Origin: Zestosphaera tikiterensis
GTDB lineage: Archaea; Thermoproteota; Thermoprotei_A; Sulfolobales; NBVN01
Direction of reading: 5' to 3'
Assembly: GCA_003056265.1 (NCBI GenBank)
Contig: NBVN01000005.1
Coordinates: 13,918-45,917 of the forward strand
Length of the DNA: 32,000 nucleotides
Under the pieces are notes generated by a model. That model saw nothing but the letters and a program-made list of their open reading frames with translations. It ran no database searches and had not been told where the DNA came from. The position numbers and the translations under genes are program-made. Positions 31,054 to 32,000 of the stretch are shown here, piece after piece; the stretch's first letter is position 1, and the number at the start of each line of letters is the position of its first letter.

Positions 31054-32000
31054 ATGAGGAGTAGCCACGTAGGTAGTTTCCCGTTGGGATACAGCCTTGA
31101 AAACGTGGGTAGGGTTCTTAAAGACCTTGCGGCAGTAGGTGTTGACGTCCCCCCATACCCTCAGATGAGGAGCTTCATAGACATATACGTTAACCCACTA
31201 CTTAATGAAGGTCTTGCGTACCTAGTCGGGAACTTCATATATGCTGACTCAACCCAACTAATGAAGCAACGGGTTAAACATACCTCAATACCTGAGGCTG
31301 AGTACGCAATTCAATTCGTTAAGGAAGCTAGGCTAGGGTTTAAAGGCTTAAGAGCTCCGGTAACGGGGGCTTTCACACTATCCTCTAGGGTTTACGTAGT
31401 TAAAGGTAGTGTGGATCTCACGTCAACGGCTTTAGCTCGTAAGGAACTACTTCAAGGGTTTTTCGTTGGTTACGTAGGTGGGTTAGTTAAGTATATGTCC
31501 TCACTGGGTTATGACGTAGTCTTTATGGATGAGCCTTCACTAACTTTAGTTATAGGGGCTAGGAAAAACCTCTTCAACTACAGCGATGATGAGGTTATAG
31601 AAGCTTTAAATAACGTAGCTAAGGAATCAAACAACGCTGAGGTGGGGATTCACGTATGCGGTAGGATACATAAGAGACTTTTCGAAGTTTTAACCCGCGT
31701 ACCTAAGGTAAGGTACTTAAGCTTCGAATTTCATGACAACCCAGGGAACCTGGAGGTAATCGATAAACACCTACTTGAATCCTACGATAAGGTGATATCC
31801 CCAGGCGTTGTCAGCTCTAAAAAACCCGTTGTTGAGGAGTTAAGCGAGGTCTTAAACATACTTAAGAAGGTGGTTGAGAAGGCTGGAGGTAGGGTTGATT
31901 TAATAGCTGGTGACTGCGGCTTCGCAGGGTTGAGGGGTTCCTTAGGTGATGTGGAGAGGGAGTATAGGTTATCCCTAGCTAAGCTTGAGAAAGTGGTTAA
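31054..32000 (+). CDS. Cobalamin-independent methionine synthase (MetE C-terminal domain)-like protein, 3' end outside the window
   Basis: I translated it manually from ATG 31054 and found no stop to the window end. It reads MRSSHVGSFPLG..., then VVFMDEPSL, GIHVCG and AGDCGFAG, which fits the His/Cys...Cys zinc-ligand pattern of the MetE/URO-D-like fold. It is not in the supplied ORF track because it runs off the end. Confidence 0.65.
   Translation, partial: MRSSHVGSFPLGYSLENVGRVLKDLAAVGVDVPPYPQMRSFIDIYVNPLLNEGLAYLVGNFIYADSTQLMKQRVKHTSIPEAEYAIQFVKEARLGFKGLRAPVTGAFTLSSRVYVVKGSVDLTSTALARKELLQGFFVGYVGGLVKYMSSLGYDVVFMDEPSLTLVIGARKNLFNYSDDEVIEALNNVAKESNNAEVGIHVCGRIHKRLFEVLTRVPKVRYLSFEFHDNPGNLEVIDKHLLESYDKVISPGVVSSKKPVVEELSEVLNILKKVVEKAGGRVDLIAGDCGFAGLRGSLGDVEREYRLSLAKLEKVV

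Noticed and set aside
1-32000. CRISPR arrays, rRNA genes and canonical tRNA genes
   Set aside because: I scanned for regularly spaced direct repeats of 24-40 nt, for GGTTCRAATCC-type T-loops and for rRNA-like conserved blocks, and recognised none.

Overview
The window looks archaeal, probably from a crenarchaeal or other hyperthermophile-type genome. This is an inference from gene content: an Arch_ATPase/DUF234-type ATPase, a tnpB-only IS200/IS605 element, many VapBC and MNT/HEPN modules, frequent GTG/TTG starts and ATGA gene overlaps. Layout: (i) 1-8365 is a co-directional surface-glycan operon: GT4 glycosyltransferase, a 604-aa polytopic membrane protein, an enolase-superfamily enzyme, an asparagine-synthase-like PP-loop enzyme, wecC, wecB and a Cys-rich TIGR04076-like protein. 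(ii) 8366-11300 is an ORF-poor, palindrome-rich stretch plus three small orphan ORFs, possibly a degraded integrated element. (iii) 11310-12900 holds another GT4 gene and an rfbD remnant. (iv) 12900-22540 is an accessory, defence-type island. It has three tandem retropepsin-like aspartic protease paralogs, one intact and one decayed vapBC pair, NTase remnants, a tnpB remnant, an MNT-HEPN gene split by a 307-bp MITE-like element, and another NTase-fold gene hit by a related MITE. (v) 22667-26273 is a feoA-feoA-feoB-membrane protein operon with a DtxR-family regulator and TTAGG/CCTAA operator-like palindromes. (vi) 26375-28924 is an Arch_ATPase gene split by a complete tnpB-only IS. (vii) 28933-32000 holds a GNAT acetyltransferase, an M28-like peptidase and a partial MetE-like gene. 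The best candidate for an undescribed system is a tightly coupled three-gene cassette on the minus strand inside the island (17179-19811): M23-like metallopeptidase, ABC-type ATPase and a DUF4276/Toprim-like protein. I saw no rRNA gene, convincing tRNA gene or CRISPR array. All functional calls come from motif recognition by eye, and no database search was possible.
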